Assembly (NCBI GenBank): GCA_028865345.1
Contig: JAGWKL010000001.1
Span: 157,489 to 221,488 of the forward strand
Origin: Candidatus Omnitrophota bacterium
Lineage (GTDB): Bacteria; Omnitrophota; Gorgyraeia; Zapsychrales; Fredricksoniimonadaceae
Direction: 5' to 3'
Length of the DNA: 64,000 bases
Below, piece by piece: positions 55,816 to 64,000 of this stretch. The position numbers and the translations under genes were made by a program. Numbering within the stretch: the stretch's first letter is position 1; every line of letters begins with the position of its first letter. The notes below the pieces were generated by a model that was not told where the DNA came from, made no database searches, and was given only the letters and a program-made list of their open reading frames with translations.

Positions 55816-57324
55816 TCATCCCCCCGTATGACAGTCCGAGCAATTGGTCGTCTTCCAGGAATCGTCATCATAAAACGGATGCTGGAATTCCAGGCCGTTG
55901 ATGCTCTTTTGCACGGCGGTGCCGCTGCCCTGTTCGACGATGATATGGCAAAGAGTGCATTTGCGCTCAATGACTTTTCCATCGGCGGACTTATGCTCAT
56001 TGTCGTGGCACCGGAAACACCCCCGTGAAATCATGTGCCCGATGTTGTCCGGATAATCGTCCCAACGCGATTTCATTTCCGGAAAGAAATTTTGTTCGTA
56101 CAGCAGGGTGATTTCTTCAACAGCCTGCTCAACGGCAGGGCGGTTCTTGGTGTAATAAGCAAAGTACTTTTGTTTGTAATAGTCCGTTAATTTCGAACGG
56201 ATCTGCTTTTCGGCCTGACTTGTAGAATTATATTTATCGCCGAGAACTTCGACCCCCTCCGACTTTATCATGGGAATTGATGGACTGATCTTCCCCTGGG
56301 CCAGGGCCCGGTTCATCAAGACATCAGGCGCTTCAAAGCGGTGGGCGGCGCGGTTATGGCAATCGATGCAATCCATTCTCCTGATCTTGTCCTGAGGGGG
56401 ATTGACTTTTTTGTAAGGAGAGTTCTTGGACGTATAGATCGTGACCTTCCCCGATTTGTCCACCGTCTTGACCCAGCTGATATGCTGGCGTTTGGCGTCG
56501 TCGGCGACGTAGAAGATCTCATTATTGAAATACATGTGCGCGTGAATGCCGGCCTCGCCGTTTTTCCCGTTCCCGACACGCATCAACAGGTTGATTCTCC
56601 AAGGCGGGGTTTGGCTGGGATCATCCGCGTAATAAACCTTGTTGAGCAAAATGGCGCTGAAAGGCTTACCCGGCCAATGGCACTGTTCACAGATCTCCTT
56701 GGCCGGTCTCAAGGTGTTCAGGGGAGCCGGGGTCGGACGCTGATATCTGCCGTCAAAAGTCTTAACGAGCATTTTGGTCCCCGCCACTTTATAACGCAGG
56801 TACCAGTTGGCACCGGAACCCACATGGCACTCAACACACCTGACCCGTTCGTGGGGAGAATGGTTGTGCGTGTCATATTCGGGCTTCATGATCTGATGGC
56901 AGGTGAGCCCGCAAAATTGGGTCGATTCCGTATAATTAAAAGCCCTATAGGAACCGATGGCGGTCATGACCAGCAGGGTGACCGTGCCGATCATGAAGAT
57001 AACAACAGCGTTTTGGTGGGTCGCTAAAGAAAGATCGATGACGATGGGCTTGGGCTTTCCTTCTTTCGAGCCGCGCAAAAGCCGCCCGCGTTTCAAGGAG
57101 GCCCCTATCGGGATCAGTATAAGCCCGACAATGAGAAATGGCGGCAAGAAGACATAGGTGAGCAGCCCTAAATAAATGCTGGACTTAGGGGAAGCAAAAT
57201 CGATCGCGAACAAAAAGAGCTCGCAAAGAAGCACGAACAAAGACAGCCCCACACCGATATAGGTAATGTTGTTGTAAAAGCTATCGGAGAACCGCTGTTT
57301 CTTCTTTTTGAGCTCATTGTCCAT
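55816..57324 (-). CDS. inner-membrane multihaem cytochrome c with 3 N-terminal TM helices and 7 haem motifs (ImcH / NapC-NirT-CymA-like role)
   Basis: 502 aa with three hydrophobic helices in the first 130 aa. There are six CxxCH motifs (CVECH, CEQCH, CIDCH, CFRCH, CTLCH, CSDCH) and one CX3CH (FCGLTCH). Confidence 0.7.
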   Translation of the reverse strand: MDNELKKKKQRFSDSFYNNITYIGVGLSLFVLLCELFLFAIDFASPKSSIYLGLLTYVFLPPFLIVGLILIPIGASLKRGRLLRGSKEGKPKPIVIDLSLATHQNAVVIFMIGTVTLLVMTAIGSYRAFNYTESTQFCGLTCHQIMKPEYDTHNHSPHERVRCVECHVGSGANWYLRYKVAGTKMLVKTFDGRYQRPTPAPLNTLRPAKEICEQCHWPGKPFSAILLNKVYYADDPSQTPPWRINLLMRVGNGKNGEAGIHAHMYFNNEIFYVADDAKRQHISWVKTVDKSGKVTIYTSKNSPYKKVNPPQDKIRRMDCIDCHNRAAHRFEAPDVLMNRALAQGKISPSIPMIKSEGVEVLGDKYNSTSQAEKQIRSKLTDYYKQKYFAYYTKNRPAVEQAVEEITLLYEQNFFPEMKSRWDDYPDNIGHMISRGCFRCHDNEHKSADGKVIERKCTLCHIIVEQGSGTAVQKSINGLEFQHPFYDDDSWKTTNCSDCHTGG

Positions 57325-57329
57325 TCGCC

Positions 57330-59495
57330 CTACCAGTTAAAGCCTAATTTCATCAAAAAGATATTGGCTGAATAATTCCCCGACCCCACCGTGGGATTGT
57401 CCTTATAAGCCGCGTATTCATACTGGGGGCCTATTTTCAACCACTTGTGCCAGGTCCAGTCAAGGCTGGTAGTATAATTGAACATCTTAAAGTCAGACCC
57501 ATAAGGCACGCCTATGCCGGAATCGACATAATTGTTTGAGATCGTATAGGACGCGGTATTGGTCCAAACCCAATTCTCCGTTGGACTATACGTGGTCGAA
57601 AAAAGGAAGCTGTTGTCCCCTGAATTAAAATCGGGGATATAGGAAGGCCCGCCCTCGGCCGATGTCCCTGCCGAAGATGCCGCGATCGTCCTGACATAAT
57701 TTTCCACGTGCGAATACGAGAGCATCAATAAAAGCGTATCGATGGGCTGCAGCGTGATATCGTAGGTGAATGCTGATGTCAGCATATGATTTTCAGAGAT
57801 GTTATAATTCCCGTCTGCAGGGAGAGGATCTGAAGAACCGCCGGCCGATGGATCCAACTGAGGATTATAGACCGTATCGGAGAATTGGTATTTCAATGAG
57901 TTTTGCAGCCAGTGAAACGGTTTCCAGGTCAGTGTCGAAGTTTCGTCCACCCCTTTTTCCCTTAAGGAACTCATCAGAACAAGCCCGCTGGCAGAAGGAT
58001 TTGAAATTGTATCATATCCGCTGTACTGATCATGGACCCTGGCCTGGGTCGAAAAAATAATAAACCGGTTGGGATAAGTCCTGGCTCCCACGGTCCATGA
58101 TTCTTTCTGAGTTCTATTGAGCCTCTCCAAGTTAGAAAAAGTATTACTCGTTGAGCCCCCGGGAAGAGCAGTATAGGACTCATCGACCCAGTTCCTGTCC
58201 TGCTGCCATTCACCGTCCATATACACGCTGGTATGGGGAATGCCATAAAACCGCAGCCCCACATGCTCCCCGGTTTGGTCTTCACGGTTCTTCATACTGG
58301 CGTCATCTTCCCCTGTAGTACCAGCTGCATAATAGGCGGAATCACCCTCACTACCCTTATGCTCATATTTGACGTCGGTAAGAAAATCCACATTTTTCGT
58401 CAAATTGGAATTCAGGTTTCCCACCAAGACATGGTCATCTTCCGAAGCACTTGAATAATTCCATCCGGAGGTGCCAGACGTTACAGGGGTATAAACAACG
58501 CCGTCTGTAGATGAGAATTCCGCCTGCTGCATCAGGTCCGTGTCATGGATATGGTTATAATGGTATCCGACCGCGGCGTAGGTGTTGTCGTTGAGCATCC
58601 ATTTTTCCGCCCTCACCCCTGCGCCGAAGAGCTTGGCATTCGGGGATTCATTATATGTATTAAGTTGATTGGGGGTTGAAGTGGTGTCATTAAGATACTG
58701 CATATACTGGACATCATTATTGTAATCAAATTCCGCTTTTTGATCTGCCTTGATGGTCACTCCCGCGATCTTCTTCTTTTCTTTCAGGGTGATGGTGTCC
58801 ACATAACTATTTAACGACTCCCATGCAGGGCCGATTTTCCTTTCGGCGCCGGATGCGGTCTGTCCGGCCGCATAGACCGGGGTCCATTCTAAAAGCGACT
58901 TATCGCCGTTCTTGGTATTGTGCTCATAGGCTATGTCCAAATAAGGATCGCTGATCGGCCCTAAGCCTGCTTCCAATTTAAAATAACTGATGTCCATCTG
59001 TAAAGCAGGACTGTTAGCCTGGTACCCTTGATATTGAGAGGAAATTGAACCATAATTCGTATAACTGGCGGGAGGAGGATTACCGGCGGTGTTAGTAACG
59101 ACCTGGTTCGGATAAAACCCGCCTGTCCCATCATACCATTTTCTAAAGGCGTTATAGTCTACCCGCAAAAAGCCCACGTCCCCGTCCTGCAGGACCAAAT
59201 GGCCGGTGCCCGTGTCGGTCCCCGGGAATGCACTGCCTTGCACTTCCAAGGATATATTCTTATTAATATCTTTAACAAATGAGATATTGCTTATTCCTCC
59301 ATTGTTGTCCGTATTGGCCTGCATCCAGTTAAGGGCTTCGAACTTGCCCACATTGCCCTTGACGCTGGCATATTGTACCGGTTCAAGAGTGATGCTAAAA
59401 GGCGTGGTATCCGCATCCTGGGCCAATGCCAGATATCCCACCTGCGTCATGTACGCTGCCACCATGATTGAGAGTAAAATACGAAAGATTTTCAT
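57330..59495 (-). CDS. large outer-membrane beta-barrel protein (MtrB/MtoB/PioB-like porin of a porin-cytochrome conduit)
   Basis: 721 aa with signal peptide MKIFRILLSIMVAAYMTQVGYLALAQ. It is rich in Gly/Thr/Asn/Tyr with alternating amphipathic strands. The C-terminal ...LMKLGFNW ends in an aromatic residue. It is flanked by multihaem cytochromes. Confidence 0.6.
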   Translation of the reverse strand: MKIFRILLSIMVAAYMTQVGYLALAQDADTTPFSITLEPVQYASVKGNVGKFEALNWMQANTDNNGGISNISFVKDINKNISLEVQGSAFPGTDTGTGHLVLQDGDVGFLRVDYNAFRKWYDGTGGFYPNQVVTNTAGNPPPASYTNYGSISSQYQGYQANSPALQMDISYFKLEAGLGPISDPYLDIAYEHNTKNGDKSLLEWTPVYAAGQTASGAERKIGPAWESLNSYVDTITLKEKKKIAGVTIKADQKAEFDYNNDVQYMQYLNDTTSTPNQLNTYNESPNAKLFGAGVRAEKWMLNDNTYAAVGYHYNHIHDTDLMQQAEFSSTDGVVYTPVTSGTSGWNYSSASEDDHVLVGNLNSNLTKNVDFLTDVKYEHKGSEGDSAYYAAGTTGEDDASMKNREDQTGEHVGLRFYGIPHTSVYMDGEWQQDRNWVDESYTALPGGSTSNTFSNLERLNRTQKESWTVGARTYPNRFIIFSTQARVHDQYSGYDTISNPSASGLVLMSSLREKGVDETSTLTWKPFHWLQNSLKYQFSDTVYNPQLDPSAGGSSDPLPADGNYNISENHMLTSAFTYDITLQPIDTLLLMLSYSHVENYVRTIAASSAGTSAEGGPSYIPDFNSGDNSFLFSTTYSPTENWVWTNTASYTISNNYVDSGIGVPYGSDFKMFNYTTSLDWTWHKWLKIGPQYEYAAYKDNPTVGSGNYSANIFLMKLGFNW

Positions 59496-59515
59496 GTCTT
59501 GTTCCTCTCTCTAAG

Positions 59516-60298
59516 TTAATAACGAAAATAATGATCAAAATTAGACCCATGAGGCGCAGAATGACAACCCGCGCTCCAGCATGTTCCATAAACAAAATCA
59601 TTATAAATATGCTGAGCACTGGTACCGTTCTGGCCATGGCCATAAGGGAAATTATTCATGGCATGGCAGCGTAAACACAGGTTATAATCCCGCGCGATCA
59701 GCATTTTGTCATTAACCGACCCGTGCACCTGGTGGCAGGACGTACAACCGTCCTTCATGGCATCATGCTCCCAGATATACGGCCCTCGTTTGTCGCTGTG
59801 GCATTTGAAACAGACATCGTTAACACCGTTCTCTGACGTAGCCGTCCAGGGACGGACATCTATCCCATGGGCGTCGTGGCAGTCGGTGCAGCTCATCTTA
59901 CCTTCCAGGACAGGATGATGGTAAGGCAGACGGAATTGCATCTTTTTATCGGTATGGCAGGTAAAACAGACCTCCGGATCATTTTTGGGGTTGATGATAT
60001 TGTTCGTCCCTCCCGAGGCATCCACGTGGATACTGCCCGGACCATGGCAGGTCTCGCAATCCTGGGCGCCGGTGGTTTCGTTCTTGATATGGAGACGCCC
60101 ATGCGTCGAAAGCTTGTATTCACGGCCTTCTTTTTCATGACATGTCACGCAGGTATCCATGCCCACATACGTGGCTTTCTTCAAATACAACATCTCGTTG
60201 ACCTTGTTCTGATCCGCCCGGGCAACTGAAATTCCCCCGGCCCAAAACAATCCCATTGCCAGCCCCAAGAGAACCATCCACGATTTTTGACCGATCAT
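59516..60298 (-). CDS. periplasmic 8-haem cytochrome c (MtrA/MtoA/PioA-like)
   Basis: 260 aa with signal peptide. There are seven CxxCH motifs (CVTCH, CETCH, CFTCH, CTDCH, CFKCH, CTSCH, CLRCH) plus one CX4CH (CWSAGCH). The haem density is about one per 30 aa. Confidence 0.8.
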   Translation of the reverse strand: MIGQKSWMVLLGLAMGLFWAGGISVARADQNKVNEMLYLKKATYVGMDTCVTCHEKEGREYKLSTHGRLHIKNETTGAQDCETCHGPGSIHVDASGGTNNIINPKNDPEVCFTCHTDKKMQFRLPYHHPVLEGKMSCTDCHDAHGIDVRPWTATSENGVNDVCFKCHSDKRGPYIWEHDAMKDGCTSCHQVHGSVNDKMLIARDYNLCLRCHAMNNFPYGHGQNGTSAQHIYNDFVYGTCWSAGCHSAPHGSNFDHYFRY

Positions 60299-60362
60299 AA
60301 GATGCCTTTCTGTTTATCCGTAAGATACTTGCCTTCCCTAAAAATAAGGTTTACACCTGTCC

Positions 60363-60632
60363 TTACTTCTTAATCGGCCCCACTTGTTTATACGTATCAG
60401 CGGTTGGCTTCTGAGCACCTGCCGCTTTGATGACGGCCTTGCCATAATCATTGGGATCATGCTGGCCGTCCGCTTTTTTAGGCATTCTATCCACGTGACA
60501 ATCGATGCACTTGGGCCTTGAATCAGGATAGGCTGCCTTGTAGGCCTTGATCTGCGCAAAATCAGCCCTGGCTGCCGCGCTCCAAAGGACCAGGCCAAAA
60601 GTGAAGCTTAAAACGACCGCTGTTTTCATCAT
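60363..60632 (-). CDS. small periplasmic monohaem cytochrome c (MtoD-like position)
   Basis: Signal peptide MMKTAVVLSFTFGLVLWSAAARA and a single CIDCH. The start is uncertain; the ORF track extends to 60662, which would overlap the hemA stop by 4 nt. Confidence 0.55.
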   Translation of the reverse strand: MMKTAVVLSFTFGLVLWSAAARADFAQIKAYKAAYPDSRPKCIDCHVDRMPKKADGQHDPNDYGKAVIKAAGAQKPTADTYKQVGPIKK

Positions 60633-60658
60633 AGTTCTCATAAGCTCCTCCTTAATGT

Positions 60659-61702
60659 TCACATCTGAGACATTTGATTTATCAAAGAAACCTTTTCCAG
60701 GGCCCCGAAGAATTCACCAATTTTCTGGGCGATCATTTCTTCGACCGTTCCCACCGCCGACAGGCGCTTTCGGGTGTTGCCTTCGACGATCCTGTCCAAA
60801 TCATCCACGGTCACAAGCGTGACATTTGTCATACCGCCCACCTCGGGAGCGACATTGCGGGGCATGGAAATGTCGATCAATACCAACGGCCGCGCTGTCC
60901 TTGTTTTCATGACCGTATCAACCAGGTCACGTTCGATCAAATGGTGAGTGCAGCTGGCCGAGCAAATGCACACATCCGCCTGGGACAAAACTTCCCTCAT
61001 TTCCCAAAAGCCAACGGCTGTACCGCCGCTTTCACGGGCCAGTTCCTGGGCATTTTCCATTGTCCTGTTCATGATATAAATGTCGGCGACACCCTTTTTA
61101 GCCAATTGCTCAACCGCCAGACGTCCCATTTTTCCCGAACCCACGATCAACACGGTCTTGCCTTGCAGCGTGCCCAGGACATTTTGCGCCATCACGACCG
61201 ACGCCCAGCTTACCGATGAGCCGCCGAAATCGATGGACGTCTCATGGCGCGCTTTCTTGCCGGTCTGCACAACAAGATTGGAAAGGATATTGAAAGTTTT
61301 GCCCATCATGCCGTGCGCGCGTGAAAATTCAAACGCTTCCTTGACCTGCCCCAGGATCTGTTTTTCCCCGATGATCAGGGAATCCAGGCCCGTGGTCACG
61401 CGCAACAAATGCTCCACGGCTTGACTGCCGGTGAAGGTATAGAAATGGCCCGTTAAATCTGCCTGCGGAGGGATTTTCTTGATCTTAAAAATTGCATCAA
61501 TGAGCGCTTGAGGCCGGCCCTCAATGCTGTTAGCGTAAATCTCCGTTCGATTACAGGTCGATAAAACAAACGCTTCCGCAATGCGGGGATCATTTTGAAG
61601 CTCGCTTAAAAGCAATTCGCGCTCGATGGGCTGCAGGTAAAATTTCTCTCTGACATCTATTGAGGAAGTTTTATGATTTATACCGACGGCCAGAATATTC
61701 AT
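60659..61702 (-). CDS. hemA: glutamyl-tRNA reductase
   Basis: 347 aa with the catalytic-Cys motif VLSTCNRTEIY, a Rossmann NADPH domain (VLIVGSGKMGRLA) and a C-terminal dimerisation helix. Its start overlaps the stop of the receiver gene (ATGA). Confidence 0.9.
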   Translation of the reverse strand: MNILAVGINHKTSSIDVREKFYLQPIERELLLSELQNDPRIAEAFVLSTCNRTEIYANSIEGRPQALIDAIFKIKKIPPQADLTGHFYTFTGSQAVEHLLRVTTGLDSLIIGEKQILGQVKEAFEFSRAHGMMGKTFNILSNLVVQTGKKARHETSIDFGGSSVSWASVVMAQNVLGTLQGKTVLIVGSGKMGRLAVEQLAKKGVADIYIMNRTMENAQELARESGGTAVGFWEMREVLSQADVCICSASCTHHLIERDLVDTVMKTRTARPLVLIDISMPRNVAPEVGGMTNVTLVTVDDLDRIVEGNTRKRLSAVGTVEEMIAQKIGEFFGALEKVSLINQMSQM

Positions 61703-62079
61703 AGGTTGCCTTTGGGCGACAAAAGACGGTTGATCGTCGGAACAAGGCGGCGATCCAGGTCGCTTTTGTCGATAAAATCCTCCACATCCTTATGCCTTCC
61801 TAAGTCCTTCATGTCCTGCTTGGCATACATGGTCAAAATAATGATGCCGCAGGAATCATCCTGGCGTTTGATAAGGGAGGCCAGCTCCAGGCCGCTGATG
61901 CCCCTCGTTAAATGGATATCGATAATCACAACCTTAGGACGCCGCCTCAGGGCGATATCAATGCCCTCCTGGCCTGTCACGGCTTCCAAAATGTCCGCTT
62001 TGACGCCTTTCATAAGGATGAATCTCTTCATCGCTTCCCGGAACTCTTTGTGATCTTCGACGATCAATATGTTCTCCAT
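61699..62079 (-). CDS. stand-alone CheY-like response-regulator receiver protein
   Basis: 126 aa. The REC fold begins MENILIVEDH, with the phospho-acceptor Asp in VVIIDIHL and the conserved T/K. Confidence 0.85.
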   Translation of the reverse strand: MENILIVEDHKEFREAMKRFILMKGVKADILEAVTGQEGIDIALRRRPKVVIIDIHLTRGISGLELASLIKRQDDSCGIIILTMYAKQDMKDLGRHKDVEDFIDKSDLDRRLVPTINRLLSPKGNL

Positions 62080-62183
62080 AAATTTCTCATCGTTAAGGCA
62101 CGCTTCGCACTAATTAGAAGATACAGGAAGAGGGAAGGAATGAAAATTCGGTGAACTACTTAAGGAGGTACGTAGTATCACTT

Positions 62184-62215
62184 AAAAAGAGAACCTGTCC
62201 CCAGAACCGGGGACA
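62184..62215 (-). terminator. candidate intrinsic terminator after the histidine kinase / LuxR-RR pair
   Basis: The minus-strand transcript would form the hairpin UGUCCCC-gguucu-GGGGACA followed by GGUUCUCUUUUUAAG. It lies 20 nt after the LuxR-RR stop. Confidence 0.45.
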
Positions 62216-62234
62216 AAAGTGCTGCGGATTCGGG

Positions 62235-62879
62235 CTAAATCAACCCTTTGGCAATAGCGTATTTGACAAGGCCGGCGGCAGTCTTAATGCCCAGCTTGTG
62301 GATCAGCCGGCTGCGGTGGGTCTCAACGGTGCGGATGCTGATTTTTAATGAGGAGGCGATGTTCTTATTGGCGGCCCCCTTGACGATCATGGCCAGGACC
62401 TGCTTCTCACGGTTGGTCAATATCTGCAGGGAAGGGACATCGCCTCCTTCAATGGAACGCACATACTGCTCGGTGATGTATTCGGAAATCGCCGGTGAAA
62501 CAAAATTCTTGCCCTTCATAACAAGTTTAATGGCCATCACCAGCTGATCAAAAGCGCCGTCTTTGAGAATGTAGCCGCTGGCGCCGTGGGCCATCGCATA
62601 TTTGAAATGGTCGATGTCTTTTTGCATGGTCAATATCAGGACCTTTAATTTGGGATACCTTTGGCGCAATTCTTTGAGCGTCTCCAGGCCGTCCATTTGA
62701 GGCATGGACAGGTCCAATACCACACAATCGGTTCTGGCGGTTTTCAGCTTTTCCAGAAGGACTTCGCCGTTACCCGCCTCAGCCACCACTTTAAAGTCCT
62801 GGCTTTTGTCCAATAAACCCCTTAAACCCGCACGCAACATGGCATGGTCATCGGCGAGGATCACCCGGATTGCGCTCAT
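62235..62879 (-). CDS. NarL/FixJ-family response regulator (REC + LuxR-type HTH)
   Basis: 214 aa. The REC domain is RVILADDHAMLRAGL...DCVVLDLSMP. The LuxR HTH is LTNREKQVLAMIVKGAANKNIASSLKISIRTVETHRSRLIHKLG. Confidence 0.9.
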   Translation of the reverse strand: MSAIRVILADDHAMLRAGLRGLLDKSQDFKVVAEAGNGEVLLEKLKTARTDCVVLDLSMPQMDGLETLKELRQRYPKLKVLILTMQKDIDHFKYAMAHGASGYILKDGAFDQLVMAIKLVMKGKNFVSPAISEYITEQYVRSIEGGDVPSLQILTNREKQVLAMIVKGAANKNIASSLKISIRTVETHRSRLIHKLGIKTAAGLVKYAIAKGLI

Positions 62880-63943
62880 ATCTTCGTTCCCTTCACTGGA
62901 ATGTTAATAAGGATATCCGTCCCTTTTTTCAATGTCGACTGCAACTCTATGCGACCGCCTAAAAGCATGACCCTTTCCTTCATAGTCACCAGGCCCAGGC
63001 CCGTGGACCGGGAAGTCGCCACAAACCCTTTGCCGTTGTCGGAAATGCGGATCTTCAACTGGTCTTTGGCCACACGGACATCGACTCTGACGAGGCTTGC
63101 GGCGGCATGCTTGATGATATTGCCCATGGCCTCCTGGATGATACGGTATATATTAATGGCTTCGGCGTTAAACTTCAAGCTATCGATCTTATTGTGACGG
63201 AACTCTATCTCCAGGGACTTGGAGCGGTTGATTTCGTTGAACATCAATCTCAAGGCGGTGGTGAGTCCAAGCGTATCCAGCGTTGATGGCCTCATGCGCA
63301 TGGCCAGGTTGCGGGACTTTTCAATGATGCTGCCCAAATAGGCTATGATCTTCTCATGCTCTTTGCGCTCCTGGGAATTTCTTTTGGGATCCGGCAACCA
63401 TGCCGACTGGATCAGGATCTTCAAGGTGGCCAGCGATTGCCCCAGATCGTCATGGATGTCCCGCGCGATGCGGTTGGCTTCGCTCTCCTGCGCCTGGATG
63501 ATGCGCTGGGGGATGGCCTTGATCTCCTCTTCCATCAATTTGCGCGGGGTTATTTCCGTGCGGATGGAAACGTATTGGAACGGCTTGCCTTTATTGTTAA
63601 GAAAGGGAACGATGGTCGTATCCACCCAATAAATCGAGCCGTCCTTGGCCTTGTTGCGGATCTCGCCTTGCCACACCTTGCCATGGGCGATCGTACGCCA
63701 CAAGTCCCGAAAAAATTCCTTAGAATGGTAACCGGAATTGATGATCCGGTGGTCCCGGCCTAAAAGCTCTTGGCGGGTATACTTGGAAATCTCGCAAAAT
63801 TTATCATTGGCGTAGACGATCTTGCCGGTCTGGTCGGTAATGGCCACGATCGATGACACATCCAGGGCAAACTTAATATCCGTCAGTTCCTTGAGGGTCT
63901 TCTCGAGGGCGTATCTTTGGTAAAACGAACCGGGTATTGGCAT
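62876..63943 (-). CDS. cytoplasmic PAS-domain sensor histidine kinase (HisKA_3 / NarX-DegS type)
   Basis: 355 aa. An N-terminal PAS domain (SIVAITDQTGKIVYANDKFCEISKYTRQELLGRDHRII) is followed by a HisKA_3 H-box IARDIHDDLGQSL and HATPase_c motifs (ISDNGKGF, GLGLVTMKER). Its stop overlaps the LuxR-RR start. Confidence 0.85.
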   Translation of the reverse strand: MPIPGSFYQRYALEKTLKELTDIKFALDVSSIVAITDQTGKIVYANDKFCEISKYTRQELLGRDHRIINSGYHSKEFFRDLWRTIAHGKVWQGEIRNKAKDGSIYWVDTTIVPFLNNKGKPFQYVSIRTEITPRKLMEEEIKAIPQRIIQAQESEANRIARDIHDDLGQSLATLKILIQSAWLPDPKRNSQERKEHEKIIAYLGSIIEKSRNLAMRMRPSTLDTLGLTTALRLMFNEINRSKSLEIEFRHNKIDSLKFNAEAINIYRIIQEAMGNIIKHAAASLVRVDVRVAKDQLKIRISDNGKGFVATSRSTGLGLVTMKERVMLLGGRIELQSTLKKGTDILINIPVKGTKI

Positions 63944-64000
63944 AATTTAAAGGCAATTATACCACGACCGTCTTTAAAAACCATACCTAGTTTTGACAAA

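Noticed and set aside
1-64000. CRISPR arrays, rRNA genes, transposases or integrases
   Set aside because: I saw none. The only tandem repeat is the 38-nt unit at 29495-29584, and no spacer-like unique inserts are present. No ORF has transposase or recombinase motifs. No 16S/23S signatures were noticed.

Overview
This 64-kb window comes from what looks like an anaerobic diderm bacterium. Evidence for the anaerobic lifestyle is nrdDG, a Hyf/Fhl-type membrane hydrogenase module and dense c-type cytochromes. Evidence for two membranes is a TolC, two outer-membrane beta-barrels and a PlsY/PgsA/LepB envelope block. About 85% of genes are on the minus strand in long, tightly coupled operons. Reading from coordinate 1 upward, the window contains the following blocks.

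(1) 1-5181: a partial Hyf-type (group-4 hydrogenase / complex-I-like) membrane-arm operon, led by an HTH-PTS-EIIA fusion gene.
(2) 5378-14542: an alpha-glucan / glycogen cluster with two different branching-enzyme families (GH13 GlgB and GH57), a second GH57, a DUF4912-like protein, a GT4 synthase, a GT-C-like membrane protein and a terminal ArsR regulator.
(3) 14543-16241: a metal module of SlyD, a divergent CDF exporter, and a Cys-rich small membrane protein.
(4) 16271-20359: an ABC-2 / HlyD / TolC efflux operon.
(5) 20434-28113: an NmrA-like gene remnant, a MarR/CMD divergent pair, a PAS-GGDEF-EAL protein, and a PEGA + processive GT2 pair.
(6) 28318-36378: housekeeping genes plsY-pgsA, lepA-lepB, cmk-tyrA-aroF-hisC, with a tandem 38-nt repeat between them.
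(7) 36507-43584: pilT, then a TetR-controlled DUF2292-porin-modA-mop-modBC locus, then pheA.
(8) 43605-50722: scpB, ruvAC, yebC, RNase P RNA, rnhA, tRNA-Val and nrdDG with candidate NrdR boxes.
(9) 51144-63943: the most notable locus. It is one minus-strand transcription unit encoding a CheY receiver, hemA, a monohaem cytochrome c, an 8-haem periplasmic cytochrome, a 721-aa outer-membrane beta-barrel, a 3-TM 7-haem inner-membrane cytochrome, and two tandem multihaem-c / cytochrome-b fusion proteins with 11 and 19 haem motifs. Upstream sits a PAS histidine kinase / LuxR-type two-component pair. This looks like a complete, compact porin-cytochrome extracellular electron transfer (EET) pathway with Mto/Pio-like synteny plus CbcL/ImcH-like quinol modules.

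No CRISPR arrays, rRNA genes or obvious mobile elements were seen. All family assignments are from motif and pattern recognition in the translations; no database searches were possible.
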